A stretch of 64,000 nt of DNA from an uncultured Gammaproteobacteria bacterium (GTDB lineage: Bacteria > Patescibacteriota > Patescibacteriia > UBA9934). The position numbers and the translations under genes are program-made. The notes under the pieces were generated by a model. It was given only the letters and a program-made list of their open reading frames with translations. It was not told the DNA's origin and ran no database searches. This document shows positions 45,853 through 55,549 of this stretch, piece after piece; position 1 is the stretch's first letter; each line of letters begins with the position of its first letter. The DNA lies in NCBI GenBank assembly GCA_964582615.1, contig CAZORP010000004.1, positions 1,900 to 65,899 of the forward strand, in the 5' to 3' direction.

Positions 45853-46164
45853 ATGCACGCAGTCATTACCACCGGCGGTAAGCAATATTTTGTAGCCGAG
45901 GGTGAAACTATCCAAGTTGAAAAACTTGTTGAAGATGTTGGCGCAACGCTTTCTTTTGAAGCAATGCTCGTCACTGATTCCGAAGGAACTTCGGTAAAAG
46001 TTGGAAAGCCTTTTGTTGCGGGAGTAAAAGTTACCGCAACGGTAAAGGAACATGGTCGTGGAGATAAGATTTCCGTTATCAAGTTCAAGCGAAAGGCTCG
46101 CTATCGCCGCAACGTTGGTCACCGCCAACCTTTTACATTGATCACTATCGAAAAAATCGCGTAA
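45853..46164 (+). CDS. rplU: 50S ribosomal protein L21
   Basis: AVITTGGKQY, GHRQPFT. Confidence 0.96.
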   Translation: MHAVITTGGKQYFVAEGETIQVEKLVEDVGATLSFEAMLVTDSEGTSVKVGKPFVAGVKVTATVKEHGRGDKISVIKFKRKARYRRNVGHRQPFTLITIEKIA

Positions 46165-46195
46165 TACGCGATTTTTTGTTTTCAAGATTTGAAGT

Positions 46196-47068
46196 CTACG
46201 ATCTCCAGATGAATCTCCAGAGACTTTGTGGAAGATGCACTCGAGTAATGCCAAAGTGGGTTTTGAAGTAAGAAAGTCCCCACCATGGATCGAGTCGAGA
46301 CGTATGCGGGCCCACCATGAGTCCAAAGTTGCCCGCTCGATATCCTCGCGCATGAAGTCCTGAGAGCCAGGTAAATACCAGCCCCGCCATGGGTTGTAGT
46401 TTTGCCGCTTCAGGGAGAAAGTATCCCATAAGGTACATACTCTCCTTCGTCTCCTCGTCGTTTGCGGCAACAAAACAGCCGATGCGTTCTCCTTGCGCAT
46501 TTCTTGCAACGAAGATTTCCATTGTTTCCGGATCAAGACGCATGCGAGCATCGCAGATTTTGGCAAGTGCAAGGCTCATCGCTCGTGGAACTTGAGAGCG
46601 TAACATGTCAGCACGAACATCATCCATGGTTCCCATGGTAATTGAGCATCCGTGCGCAAAGAATGTTTTTACATGGCGTTTAGCGTGCGATGACCACGAG
46701 GCGGTAATGTCTGCCTGTGGATCTTCGGGAAGATATGCGATGCCATGATGAGAAAGAATCCCCATGCGCTTCCATCCTACAATTTCTGATGCGAGAGGCC
46801 AGATTCCCGGAACCCATTCGTGAAGACTGATGAGCGATCTGCGATATTCTGGGTGTTCTTTTACGGCATTACAGTCTGGAGCCATTCCATTCACTGTATA
46901 GTGTCGATACCAAGTAAAAAAGCGCGCATGAAAAACGCGATCGCTAAATCCATTTGTTAACGTCTGTGTTGGTGGAAGTCCGTTTCTATGCCAGACACTG
47001 GATCGCCATGCAGAAAACGGACTTTGTCCAATGTGGCATACGTCACGAACGAAGGTCAGCCGGTCCAT
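46196..47068 (-). CDS. FemAB/GNAT-fold protein
   Basis: WSSHAKRH, NFG and GLSYFKTHFG patterns typical of Fem-like GNATs. Confidence 0.65.
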   Translation of the reverse strand: MDRLTFVRDVCHIGQSPFSAWRSSVWHRNGLPPTQTLTNGFSDRVFHARFFTWYRHYTVNGMAPDCNAVKEHPEYRRSLISLHEWVPGIWPLASEIVGWKRMGILSHHGIAYLPEDPQADITASWSSHAKRHVKTFFAHGCSITMGTMDDVRADMLRSQVPRAMSLALAKICDARMRLDPETMEIFVARNAQGERIGCFVAANDEETKESMYLMGYFLPEAAKLQPMAGLVFTWLSGLHARGYRAGNFGLMVGPHTSRLDPWWGLSYFKTHFGITRVHLPQSLWRFIWRS

Positions 47069-47747
47069 AAATTCCAATGGTTGAAAGGTAGTAAGTTGCG
47101 GAAAATGCCTTTGCAAAGGTTTCAAAGTTGGAGGTAGTGAGAAGATCTTTATGGGTAAAAATATTCCACGCAATCCAGGAGGTTTTTTGAGCTACTTGAT
47201 GTTGCCATGATGCATCTCGAACACACGGAGCTACGGATGTTCCCGTGAAGAGATCGATGCAGAGAAGGTCGGTATGTGGGGTTTCTTGCGCCCAATCTTC
47301 GGCGCGCTGGTGCCTGAGTGTAATACTTTGCTCAAGTGACCGTTGTTTAATGTTTTTTTCTGCGAGTGCAAGGAGGTGTTCGTCCCAGTCAATGCCAAGA
47401 ATCTTTGCCTTTGGAAATGCTTGCGCACATAAAAGAAGGCCTCCACCCATGCCAACGCCAAGAAATGTGATGTGCTCTGGCATGCAGTGGGCTTGCTTGA
47501 GGGCTTTTATCGCGGTTTTCCAAACGCCATTCATGTACGATCCAGATTGTTCCGTGCGATCTTCTGCAAGAAGGCGCACGCTCCCAAGACACTCTACAAG
47601 AACCATGGTGCCATTTTTTGTTACAATGGGAGTTTCGTGAGGAAGAAAATGCACATTATCGGGAGGAAAAATTCTCCATGCGAAGAATGCGTTCTTTTCG
47701 AGCGCCTTGTGAGCTTGTGATGTACACGCGAAGCTCTTCGTGGGCAA
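47043..47747 (-). CDS. SAM-dependent methyltransferase (spermidine synthase-like); start uncertain
   Basis: EQSG, FLGVGMGG, GIDWD, LLCIDLF. Confidence 0.7.
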   Translation of the reverse strand: MPTKSFACTSQAHKALEKNAFFAWRIFPPDNVHFLPHETPIVTKNGTMVLVECLGSVRLLAEDRTEQSGSYMNGVWKTAIKALKQAHCMPEHITFLGVGMGGGLLLCAQAFPKAKILGIDWDEHLLALAEKNIKQRSLEQSITLRHQRAEDWAQETPHTDLLCIDLFTGTSVAPCVRDASWQHQVAQKTSWIAWNIFTHKDLLTTSNFETFAKAFSATYYLSTIGIYGPADLRS

Positions 47748-48168
47748 GGCTTCGGTATGCGGCGTACATAATGCCTAGTGCATAATACTGTTCGTGTATT
47801 GCCGCTGACGATGAGATATCTTCGGTAACAACGATGGGAGATGGTGTCGGTTGTTCCTGAAACCAGGTTGTATACCATCCAACAAGCGTATCGCGCTCTT
47901 GGATGCTTCGTGCGGACTCTTGTTCCCAGAAGGTTTTTTCTGAAGATGTTTTCGCGGTTTCTTGTAGTTTTGCAAAGCGAACAATGTCCCTTGCGTTGCT
48001 TTCAATGAGTAGGGTAAGCAAAGGGGCGTCTGATGACATGTCGGCATTGCGTTCTTGGCCTTGTTTCTGATAGGAAAAAAAGTCATCACGCGCAAAAAAT
48101 ACCGCGCCTGTTCCTATGACGCCAAGAAGACATCCTCCCAGTATTCCCAAAGCAAAAAAACGGTTCAT
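47656..48168 (-). CDS. Membrane-anchored helical protein (DUF305-like)
   Basis: N-terminal TM helix; QERDTLVGWYTTWF and HEELR..ITSSQ pattern. Confidence 0.55.
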   Translation of the reverse strand: MNRFFALGILGGCLLGVIGTGAVFFARDDFFSYQKQGQERNADMSSDAPLLTLLIESNARDIVRFAKLQETAKTSSEKTFWEQESARSIQERDTLVGWYTTWFQEQPTPSPIVVTEDISSSAAIHEQYYALGIMYAAYRSLAHEELRVYITSSQGARKERILRMENFSSR

Positions 48169-48764
48169 ACTTCACTTCTTCCGTGCAGAGCACTTAAAAG
48201 AGTTACTTCATCAGCATACTCGATGTCTGCCCCCATGGGGAGTCCTCGTGCAAGTCGGGTAATTTTTTTCCCATAAGGCTTAAGATTTCTCCCAAGAAAC
48301 ATCATGGTTGTTTCTCCGTGAACATCCGGAGAAAACGCGAGAATAATTTCCTGAAGAGATGGTGAAGTTTCTATGCGACGCAGAAGGGGAGCTACGTTGA
48401 GGACGTCAGGTGTCTTCCCGTCAATAGGATTGAGAACTCCTCCAAGAACAAAATACTTTCCCTGATATGCCGAGGTTGCTTCCATGGTGGCGATATCTCG
48501 AGATTCTGCAACAATACAAAGCTGTTCTTGATTGCGAGTACTTCGTGAGCAAATTTCGCAAATATCGGTATCGCTAAAAGCAAAACACGACGTGCAGGTG
48601 TGCACGTTCGCGAGTTGCTCGAGCGCTTTTGCAAATTGCGCAATGTCGTGTTTGCTTAGTGAGAGTACCGCAAACGTGTAGCGCAGCGCAGTTTTTGGCC
48701 CAACGCCCGGAAGCTTGTGAAAAGCCGCGGCGGCATTGCGAATGAGCGCAGGAAACGTGCGCAT
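48165..48764 (-). CDS. recR: Recombination mediator RecR
   Basis: LPGVGPKTA, C4 zinc finger, TOPRIM, RLARGLPMG..EYADE. Confidence 0.96.
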   Translation of the reverse strand: MRTFPALIRNAAAAFHKLPGVGPKTALRYTFAVLSLSKHDIAQFAKALEQLANVHTCTSCFAFSDTDICEICSRSTRNQEQLCIVAESRDIATMEATSAYQGKYFVLGGVLNPIDGKTPDVLNVAPLLRRIETSPSLQEIILAFSPDVHGETTMMFLGRNLKPYGKKITRLARGLPMGADIEYADEVTLLSALHGRSEV

Positions 48765-48778
48765 ACCAAGGGTGAAAA

Positions 48779-49078
48779 TTAGGATTCAAGCATTCCCTTG
48801 AGTGCCTCGAGGCCACCTCCAAGCTCTTGCATCTTCTTCATGAGCTCTCCTTGAAGTTTTTGATTTGCATCTACAATGGCATCTTTAACACCCGACTCAA
48901 TAACGCTTGTTGCAAGTCCTTCCTCAATTTTTACACCAAGAACTTCGTGGCTTCCGTTGAATGTCACAAGAACCTTTCCTCCTGCTCCTGAACCAACAAC
49001 AACAACCGCATCAAGCATAGCTTTCATTTGTTTTGCTTGTGCGTGCATGTCTTTGAATTGCTTGAGTTTGTTAAACAT
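48779..49078 (-). CDS. ybaB: YbaB/EbfC nucleoid-associated protein
   Basis: Size, position upstream of recR, GKVLVTFNG. Confidence 0.88.
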   Translation of the reverse strand: MFNKLKQFKDMHAQAKQMKAMLDAVVVVGSGAGGKVLVTFNGSHEVLGVKIEEGLATSVIESGVKDAIVDANQKLQGELMKKMQELGGGLEALKGMLES

Positions 49079-49149
49079 AGAAAGAAAATTATAGGCAAGA
49101 TGCAGTGTACGAGAAAAGGAAGTGAAAGAAAATGTTACATGTGGAGGAA

Positions 49150-50688
49150 TTATCCCTTTGGCACGAAGCCTTTTGGAGGAATTCCCGGAGGAAGATGAAG
49201 ATTTTCTTCAGATGGTCCAGAAGGAGGGGGTGTTGGTGAGGGGGCGGTTTGTGCGCTTGGTGGCGCTGAAGATCCCCCCTGAGCACCCTTTCCAAATACG
49301 CCTTTTTGAGGAAGCGCATTGGTTGGGAGTTGTGTCGATCCTTGTCGCGTGTCGAGATTTTTAAAGCTTGCTCGAGCGCTATCCCAGAAAAGTTTTACAA
49401 CGCCGGTTGGTCCGTTACGATGTTTTGCGATGTGAACCTCTGCGGAAGCTTTTTCTTCTGGGGTGAGTTCTTCTGGCTGATAATTTCTATCCGCACCCTT
49501 TCGGTAAAGGAACATCACAACGTCGGCGTCCTGCTCGATGGATCCTGAGTCACGTAGGTGTGAAAGACGTGGAATTGCCGGCTTGTTCAATTCAACAGCA
49601 CGAGAAAGCTGTGCAAGTGCAAGAACAGGAACATTAAGTTCGCGCGCGATTTGTTTAAGTCCTCGACTGATTTCGGCAACTTCTTGCACGCGATTATCAC
49701 TCTTCTTTCCTCGACCCTCCATGAGCTGTAAGTAGTCCACGACGATCATGGAAAGCCCATGTTCGCTTTGGAGGCGTCGGGATTTTGTGCGAATTGCCAT
49801 GACGGAAGCTGCTGAAGAGTCGTCGATATAAATAGGGGCTTCAGAAAGCTTTCCTAGCGCATCACCAATACGAGGGAAGTCGTCTTCATGCTCGGAAAGG
49901 CGTCCTGTGCGAAGTTTCCAAAGATCAACGCCAGCTTCTGCACAAATAAGACGGTCAACAAGCTGTTCTTTAGACATTTCAAGGCTAAAAAAACCAACAG
50001 GAAGTTTTGTTCGCAGTGCAACATTGCGGCAAATATCAAGAGCGAATGACGTCTTACCTACAGAAGGGCGCGCCGCGAGAATGACAAGGTCCGAACGCTG
50101 AAGTCCTGCAAGAAGATTATCAAGTCCGGTGAATCCCGTTGGAACTCCACGGAGCTTTCCTTTGTCGCGATGGAGTTCATCGATGCGGTCAAATGCTTCG
50201 TCGAGAATGTTTTTCAGTGAAACAAAACTCTGCTTGAGAAAATTTCCCGAAACATTAAAAAGTCGTTGCTCTGCCTGGTCGAGTACCGCATCAACGTCTT
50301 GAGCCTCGTCGAAGCCGAGCTCGGTAATTTCTCCAGCGGCACTGATAAGTCGGCGAAGTGCCGCCTTTTTTGCGATGATTTCTGCGTAGTGCGCGATGTT
50401 CGCCGAGGTACTTACGGCGTTAGAAAGTTCAACGAGCATGGTTCGTCCACCAATTTGTTTGAGAAGGCTTTTCTCTTCAAGACGGTTACCAAGTGTAAGT
50501 AGGTCGATGGGATGATGTCCATCGTAGAGCTCCCGCATGGTTTCAAAGATGATGCGGTGAGACTCTTTGTAAAAGTCTTCAGATCGAACTCCGTCGCCAA
50601 TCTTCAAAAAAGCTTCAGGATCTAAAAGAACGCCGCCAAGAAGCGATTGCTCAGCTTGAAGATTGTGGGGGGGAATTCGTCCTTCCAT
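49150..50688 (-). CDS. dnaB: Replicative DNA helicase
   Basis: PPHNLQAEQ, AARPSVGKT, VDYLQL, LRDSGSIEQDAD, KHRNGP; Pro-rich tail. Confidence 0.97.
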   Translation of the reverse strand: MEGRIPPHNLQAEQSLLGGVLLDPEAFLKIGDGVRSEDFYKESHRIIFETMRELYDGHHPIDLLTLGNRLEEKSLLKQIGGRTMLVELSNAVSTSANIAHYAEIIAKKAALRRLISAAGEITELGFDEAQDVDAVLDQAEQRLFNVSGNFLKQSFVSLKNILDEAFDRIDELHRDKGKLRGVPTGFTGLDNLLAGLQRSDLVILAARPSVGKTSFALDICRNVALRTKLPVGFFSLEMSKEQLVDRLICAEAGVDLWKLRTGRLSEHEDDFPRIGDALGKLSEAPIYIDDSSAASVMAIRTKSRRLQSEHGLSMIVVDYLQLMEGRGKKSDNRVQEVAEISRGLKQIARELNVPVLALAQLSRAVELNKPAIPRLSHLRDSGSIEQDADVVMFLYRKGADRNYQPEELTPEEKASAEVHIAKHRNGPTGVVKLFWDSARASFKNLDTRQGSTQLPTNALPQKGVFGKGAQGGSSAPPSAQTAPSPTPPPSGPSEENLHLPPGIPPKGFVPKG

Positions 50689-50778
50689 AGCGCTACGATG
50701 CTACTTCCTTTTTAGGATTTAGAGAAGGGGAAAACATGGGGAAAAGCTCGCTTGCAGTCATTGCTATACTATGCCTCT

Positions 50779-51906
50779 ATGAAAGAAGCTTTGCGCAGGG
50801 GGATATTGGGAAGTATTCCGCTTCTTGGAACGGTTGTTGGAATAGGGTTTTTCCGCCTACCATACCTCTTTGGTCAGTACGGTTTTCTTGCTACGTGTGC
50901 AATGCTTGGGGTGGTTTTGGTGGCACAAATACGTTTTTTGCAGGCATACGGGCATCTGGTACTCAGGAGTCCTCGACACGCTCGATTCCTTCACGTAGTA
51001 GAGGATGTCAGCACGCCAATGGTTCGCGCGCTTGCCGCAATATGTTATTTTGCGACGCTTGGTACGGCGCTAGTTGCCTATATTCTCGCCTCGGGAACTT
51101 TTCTCTCCTATCTCACACCCTCAATTCATGCGTACCAAGGATCGCTTATTATGGGATTGGTGCTTGGAGGGATGCTCTTTGGGGGGAAGAGGGTTCTTGG
51201 AAAAATGGAGCATGTTGTCATGCCGTTGTTCTTTCTCTTGCTTGGAAGCATGTTTTTTGCCCTGAGAAATTCTTTTGATAAAAGTGCGTTGATAGGTGTG
51301 TCGGAGCATATGCCAAAAGATCTTCCATTTGGAGCCTTGCTATTTTCGTTAAGTGGGATATCGGCAATTCCTGAAGTTCGTGATGGGGTTTCTGGTAATG
51401 TTCGCGTGTTGTCGTTGGCAATTGCTCTTGGCATGACGTGTGCCGCACTGCTGTATGCGGGATTTTCTGGTGGAGTACTCATGCTTGCTCGTGGCGATGT
51501 TCCTTATGATGCTGTAGCGATGTTTTTACGAGAGGGAGGCACGGTGTACGCCATGGTTGGTGCGGGCATGGGTCTTGCGGTAATGATGATGGTTTACGAT
51601 CATGTTGGCACAGCGCTTGTACATACGCTGATATATGATTTTGGACTTCCGGTGGCATTGTCGCGACTTATTATTGCGGGAATTCCTTTTGCGCTGGTAG
51701 TGGTTGGTGTTGAGGATGTTCTTTTTCTCTTGCAACATGCCGGAGGGTTCTTTGGAGCATTTCTTGGCTTGAGCGTTCTTGTTGCGTATGAACGTGCACG
51801 AGCGCAAAAAAAATTCCCCAAGCACATTCCTCTTCGAGGACGGGGGGAAATCTTTCTTTTGGCAAGTTTTTTCTTAGGAATCTTCCTTTTGACGTTTATC
51901 GGGTAG
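50779..51906 (+). CDS. Amino acid permease (Trp/Tyr permease-like)
   Basis: GTVVGIGFFRLPY, FGALLFSLSG..AIPE; about 11 TM helices. Confidence 0.82.
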   Translation: MKEALRRGILGSIPLLGTVVGIGFFRLPYLFGQYGFLATCAMLGVVLVAQIRFLQAYGHLVLRSPRHARFLHVVEDVSTPMVRALAAICYFATLGTALVAYILASGTFLSYLTPSIHAYQGSLIMGLVLGGMLFGGKRVLGKMEHVVMPLFFLLLGSMFFALRNSFDKSALIGVSEHMPKDLPFGALLFSLSGISAIPEVRDGVSGNVRVLSLAIALGMTCAALLYAGFSGGVLMLARGDVPYDAVAMFLREGGTVYAMVGAGMGLAVMMMVYDHVGTALVHTLIYDFGLPVALSRLIIAGIPFALVVVGVEDVLFLLQHAGGFFGAFLGLSVLVAYERARAQKKFPKHIPLRGRGEIFLLASFFLGIFLLTFIG

Positions 51907-52759
51907 GAGTGTGTTCTTGCATGGCTTGTTCTTGAAGCTCCTTGGCTTTGATGAGGTTCATGAAAAGATATGCAACGGTAAGTGGTCCAACTCCTCCGGG
52001 AACTTTGCTTAAAAATCCCGCCCAATCAAGGAGCGTTGGCGAAGCGTCGCCGATAACCTTTCCTTCGGGTGTTTTATTTGTTCCAACGTCAATAACAATT
52101 GCTGATTCTTTGACGAATCCTCGGGTGAGCATGTGTGCATTTCCAGTTGCAACGATTACGATGTCGGCAAGTCGAGTTTTTTCCTGTGCCTCCGCGTCGG
52201 TACTTGCAACGAATTCTGCCTGTACATCATTTTCACGAAGAAGCTCTTTGAGAGGCTCTGCGAAGATCTCGCTATTTCCTAAAATAACCGCCTGCTTTCC
52301 CTTGAGTGGCTGATGTGTGGCTTGAATGAGTCGCATGATGGCAAGCGCGACGGGGGGAACGAGCATTGGCGTGTCGGCAAGAAGCGCTCGGCGATTTTCC
52401 GGGTGAAATCCATCAACGTCTTTTGTGGGATGAATAGCTAAAATGAGCGTGTCGACGTTAAGGTGTTCTGGAAGGGGAAGTTGTAAAATAATGCCTTGAA
52501 TATCTTGTCGCTTGTTGAGATTTGCGATTGTTTCAAGGAGTGTTTCTTCGGATACGTTTTGCTCGAAAAGATGTTTTTCAACATAAACGCCAACTTCTTT
52601 TCCTGCGCGTTCTTTGAGGCTTACGTAAAGATGTGATGCTGGATTATCGCCAACAAGAATAACGCCAAGTCCCGGCGGTTGGCGAAGATTTGCAACGCGT
52701 TCCGCGACTTTATCCTTTATAGCCTGAGCAAGTACGGATCCATTGAGTATTTCCGTCAT
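51896..52759 (-). CDS. folD: Methylenetetrahydrofolate dehydrogenase/cyclohydrolase
   Basis: LVGDNPAS, QLPLP, KDVDGFH, VPGGVGPLT. Confidence 0.96.
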   Translation of the reverse strand: MTEILNGSVLAQAIKDKVAERVANLRQPPGLGVILVGDNPASHLYVSLKERAGKEVGVYVEKHLFEQNVSEETLLETIANLNKRQDIQGIILQLPLPEHLNVDTLILAIHPTKDVDGFHPENRRALLADTPMLVPPVALAIMRLIQATHQPLKGKQAVILGNSEIFAEPLKELLRENDVQAEFVASTDAEAQEKTRLADIVIVATGNAHMLTRGFVKESAIVIDVGTNKTPEGKVIGDASPTLLDWAGFLSKVPGGVGPLTVAYLFMNLIKAKELQEQAMQEHTPTR

Positions 52760-52804
52760 AGATGCTCGCAACTATGCCTGAAGTTTCCAAAAAAAGCAAC
52801 GTTC

Positions 52805-54061
52805 TTAACCTTGCGGAAGATGGTCTGCAAAGAGGGGGCGGTGTTCCATGTGTCCACGAACTTCTTGGCGAATCTTACTCAGCACTTCGGTGTTTTTGGC
52901 ATTTTTTAGAGCGCTATCAATCCAATTTGCAACCTGTACCATATCTTCTTCGCCAAGGCCTCGTGTAGTAATTGCTGGAGTTCCCAGACGAATTCCCGAG
53001 GGGTCTAGTGGCGATCGGGGATCGTTGGGAATCATGTTCTTGTTAACGGTAATTCCAGCAAGATCTAGCGCATGTTGCGCTTCTTTTCCTGAAAGTCCCT
53101 GCACGGTAACGTCAAGAAGGAGGAGGTGATTTTCCGTTCCGCCAAAAGCGAATTGATACCCTTTCTCCTGAAGTGAAGTGCAAAGACGTGAGGCATTACA
53201 AACGATGCGTTGCGCGTAGTTTGCAAACGAAGGTTGAAGCGCCTCGCGGAATGCTACGGCTTTTGCGGCGATAGTATGCATGTGAGGGCCTCCTTGCATG
53301 CCGGGGAATACCATCTTATCAATGCTTTTTGCAAAAGATTCTTTGCAGAGAATCATGCCTCCGCGTGGTCCGCGAAGGGTTTTATGTGTTGTCGTTGTAA
53401 CAATGTCAATGCCTTCGCGAAGTGGATTTTTCATGACTCCACCCGCAATGAGTCCGGCAATGTGTGCAATATCGGCCATGGTTATCGCCCCAACCTCGTC
53501 AGCAATTGCACGAACCGTTGCATAGTCAATGTCTCGCGTGTATGCGGAATAGCCAACAAGGATAAGCTTTGGACGATGTTCTTTTGCTTGGGTGCGAAGG
53601 TGGTCGTAATCAATAGCTCCACTTGGGGTGGTTTGATAGCGAAGAAAATTGTATCGCTTTGCGCCATCGGTTACGGGATGTCCGTGGCTAAGGTGGCCGC
53701 CGTGTGCCAAGTCCATGCCAAGAATAGAGGATCCTGCTTCAAGAAGCGCCGCATACACGATGGCGTTTGCGGGGGCTCCTGAATGAGGTTGTACATTTGC
53801 GTGTTCGGCGCCAAAGAGTTTCTTAGCTCGGGAAAGTGCAAGGTCCTCAATGATGTCAACAGCCTCACAGCCTCCGTAATAGCGCTTGCCCGGATAGCCC
53901 TCGGCGTACTTATTTGTTGCAACAGATCCAAGTGCCTCAAGAACAGCGGGAGATACAAAATTTTCCGAAGGAATCATTTCGAGGCCTTCGCGCTGACGAC
54001 GTTCTTCGTGAAGAAGTGCTTCGGAGATTTGTGGATCGGTTGTTGCAAGAATGGATGACAT
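52805..54061 (-). CDS. glyA: Serine hydroxymethyltransferase
   Basis: PSENF, NKYAEGYPGKRYYGG, TTTTHKTLRGPRGG. Confidence 0.97.
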   Translation of the reverse strand: MSSILATTDPQISEALLHEERRQREGLEMIPSENFVSPAVLEALGSVATNKYAEGYPGKRYYGGCEAVDIIEDLALSRAKKLFGAEHANVQPHSGAPANAIVYAALLEAGSSILGMDLAHGGHLSHGHPVTDGAKRYNFLRYQTTPSGAIDYDHLRTQAKEHRPKLILVGYSAYTRDIDYATVRAIADEVGAITMADIAHIAGLIAGGVMKNPLREGIDIVTTTTHKTLRGPRGGMILCKESFAKSIDKMVFPGMQGGPHMHTIAAKAVAFREALQPSFANYAQRIVCNASRLCTSLQEKGYQFAFGGTENHLLLLDVTVQGLSGKEAQHALDLAGITVNKNMIPNDPRSPLDPSGIRLGTPAITTRGLGEEDMVQVANWIDSALKNAKNTEVLSKIRQEVRGHMEHRPLFADHLPQG

Positions 54062-54154
54062 AGGTGGTGAGAGTATCGAAAAAACATCAAGAAAGTGCAA
54101 GGGAGGATGTGGCGATCGTGACGAACGCCTACAAAACGCGTATGCTTTGCTTCT

Positions 54155-55129
54155 ATGGCAAGTTTGGAAGAACAGCTATCTCAACGCTTTGGCTCCTCCT
54201 ATCATCAACAGGATCCACTTTCCCGATACACTACACTACATCTTGGCGGACCCGCTCGCCATGTAGTGCTTGTACATACCGTACAGGACGTTCTTGATCT
54301 TTTCGCAATAACAAGAGTCGCCAATGTTCCCTGTGCGATTCTTGGAGGAGGCTCGAATACACTTGCTTCTGACGCGGGTTATTCTGGCGTTGTCATGATT
54401 ATGCGTCTTATGGATTGGCGCATTGAGGGATCTGAGGTCTTTGCTGAGGCGGGTGTTTTTTCGTCGCTTCTTGCTCGACAGTCTGCACAAAGAGGGCTTG
54501 GAGGATTTTCCTGGGCGGTTTCATTGCCAGGAACGTTGGGTGGAGCGGTTCGTGGAAATGCGGGATGTTTTGGGGGAGAAATGAAAGATACTGTGACGAG
54601 CGTTTGTGCCATTCGTCCTTCTGGAGAGATGGTGACATACACTCGTGATGAATGTCAGTTTGCATATCGTGAAAGTCGCTGGAAGCACGAGGAATCTCGT
54701 GGCGAGGTTATTGTGTCTTTGATGATGCAATTGCGAGAAAGTTCGAAAGAAGAAGAGATGAACATTCTTGCTTCTTGTTTAGAGCGCAGAAAAACCTCTC
54801 AGCCACTGGGAACATCATCGGCGGGATGTATGTTTAAAAATTGGGAATACGCCAATCTTCCTGAAGTCCTTCGTGACATTCCCCAGAATTTTTTAGAAAA
54901 ACGAGTTATTCCCGCCGGTTGGATTATTGAACAGCTTGGTATGAAGGGATTTTCTTGCGGGGGAGCTCAAATCTCCCCAGTTCATGGAAATTTCCTCATG
55001 AATCATGAAGGAGCTTCTGCTAAGGATATTCTTCGTGTAGTTCAAGAGGTTCAAAAAAGAGCTATGGATGTCTACGGCATTACGCTTGAACCTGAGGTTT
55101 CGTATCTTGGAGAGGGCTTTGGTGAATAG
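54155..55129 (+). CDS. murB: UDP-N-acetylmuramate dehydrogenase
   Basis: GGGSN, PGTLGGAVRGNAG, SAGCMFKN, HGNFLMN, LEPEV. Confidence 0.95.
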   Translation: MASLEEQLSQRFGSSYHQQDPLSRYTTLHLGGPARHVVLVHTVQDVLDLFAITRVANVPCAILGGGSNTLASDAGYSGVVMIMRLMDWRIEGSEVFAEAGVFSSLLARQSAQRGLGGFSWAVSLPGTLGGAVRGNAGCFGGEMKDTVTSVCAIRPSGEMVTYTRDECQFAYRESRWKHEESRGEVIVSLMMQLRESSKEEEMNILASCLERRKTSQPLGTSSAGCMFKNWEYANLPEVLRDIPQNFLEKRVIPAGWIIEQLGMKGFSCGGAQISPVHGNFLMNHEGASAKDILRVVQEVQKRAMDVYGITLEPEVSYLGEGFGE

Positions 55130-55190
55130 AGTTCTTGTCATTTTTCTTCTTCGTGCTACAACAGAGATGTGTTCTTAACATCGTCATTGT

Positions 55191-55490
55191 ATGCGAATCA
55201 TCGACATTCGAGGCACGTCCCTTGAGCTTACCGAAGCGCTAAAGACATTTGTTCAAGAAAAAACTGCGTCTCTTGAAAGGCTTTGTGGAGCCTATGATCC
55301 TTGTGAAGTTTCTTGGGAGTTGGGAAAGACCACTCAGGGACAGCAAAAAGGTGATATTTGGCGCGCTGAAGTACACATTGCAATTCCTGGTCACGCCTTT
55401 CGCATCGAGCGCGTAGCGCAGGATGTATACGCCGCAATCGATGCCGCGAAAGATGCTATTAAAGAACAAATTATTCGTTATAAAAAATAA
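55191..55490 (+). CDS. hpf: Ribosome hibernation factor (HPF/RaiA)
   Basis: LELTEALK, DVYAAIDAA; short form. Confidence 0.88.
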   Translation: MRIIDIRGTSLELTEALKTFVQEKTASLERLCGAYDPCEVSWELGKTTQGQQKGDIWRAEVHIAIPGHAFRIERVAQDVYAAIDAAKDAIKEQIIRYKK

Positions 55491-55494
55491 GTAC

Positions 55495-55522
55495 AAAAGC
55501 GCCCTTTGGCGCTTTTCTTTTT
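55495..55522 (+). terminator. Intrinsic terminator
   Basis: AAAAGCGCC-cttt-GGCGCTTTT + T-rich tail. Confidence 0.75.
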
Positions 55523-55549
55523 ATACGAAGAAACGTACACTGCCAGAGT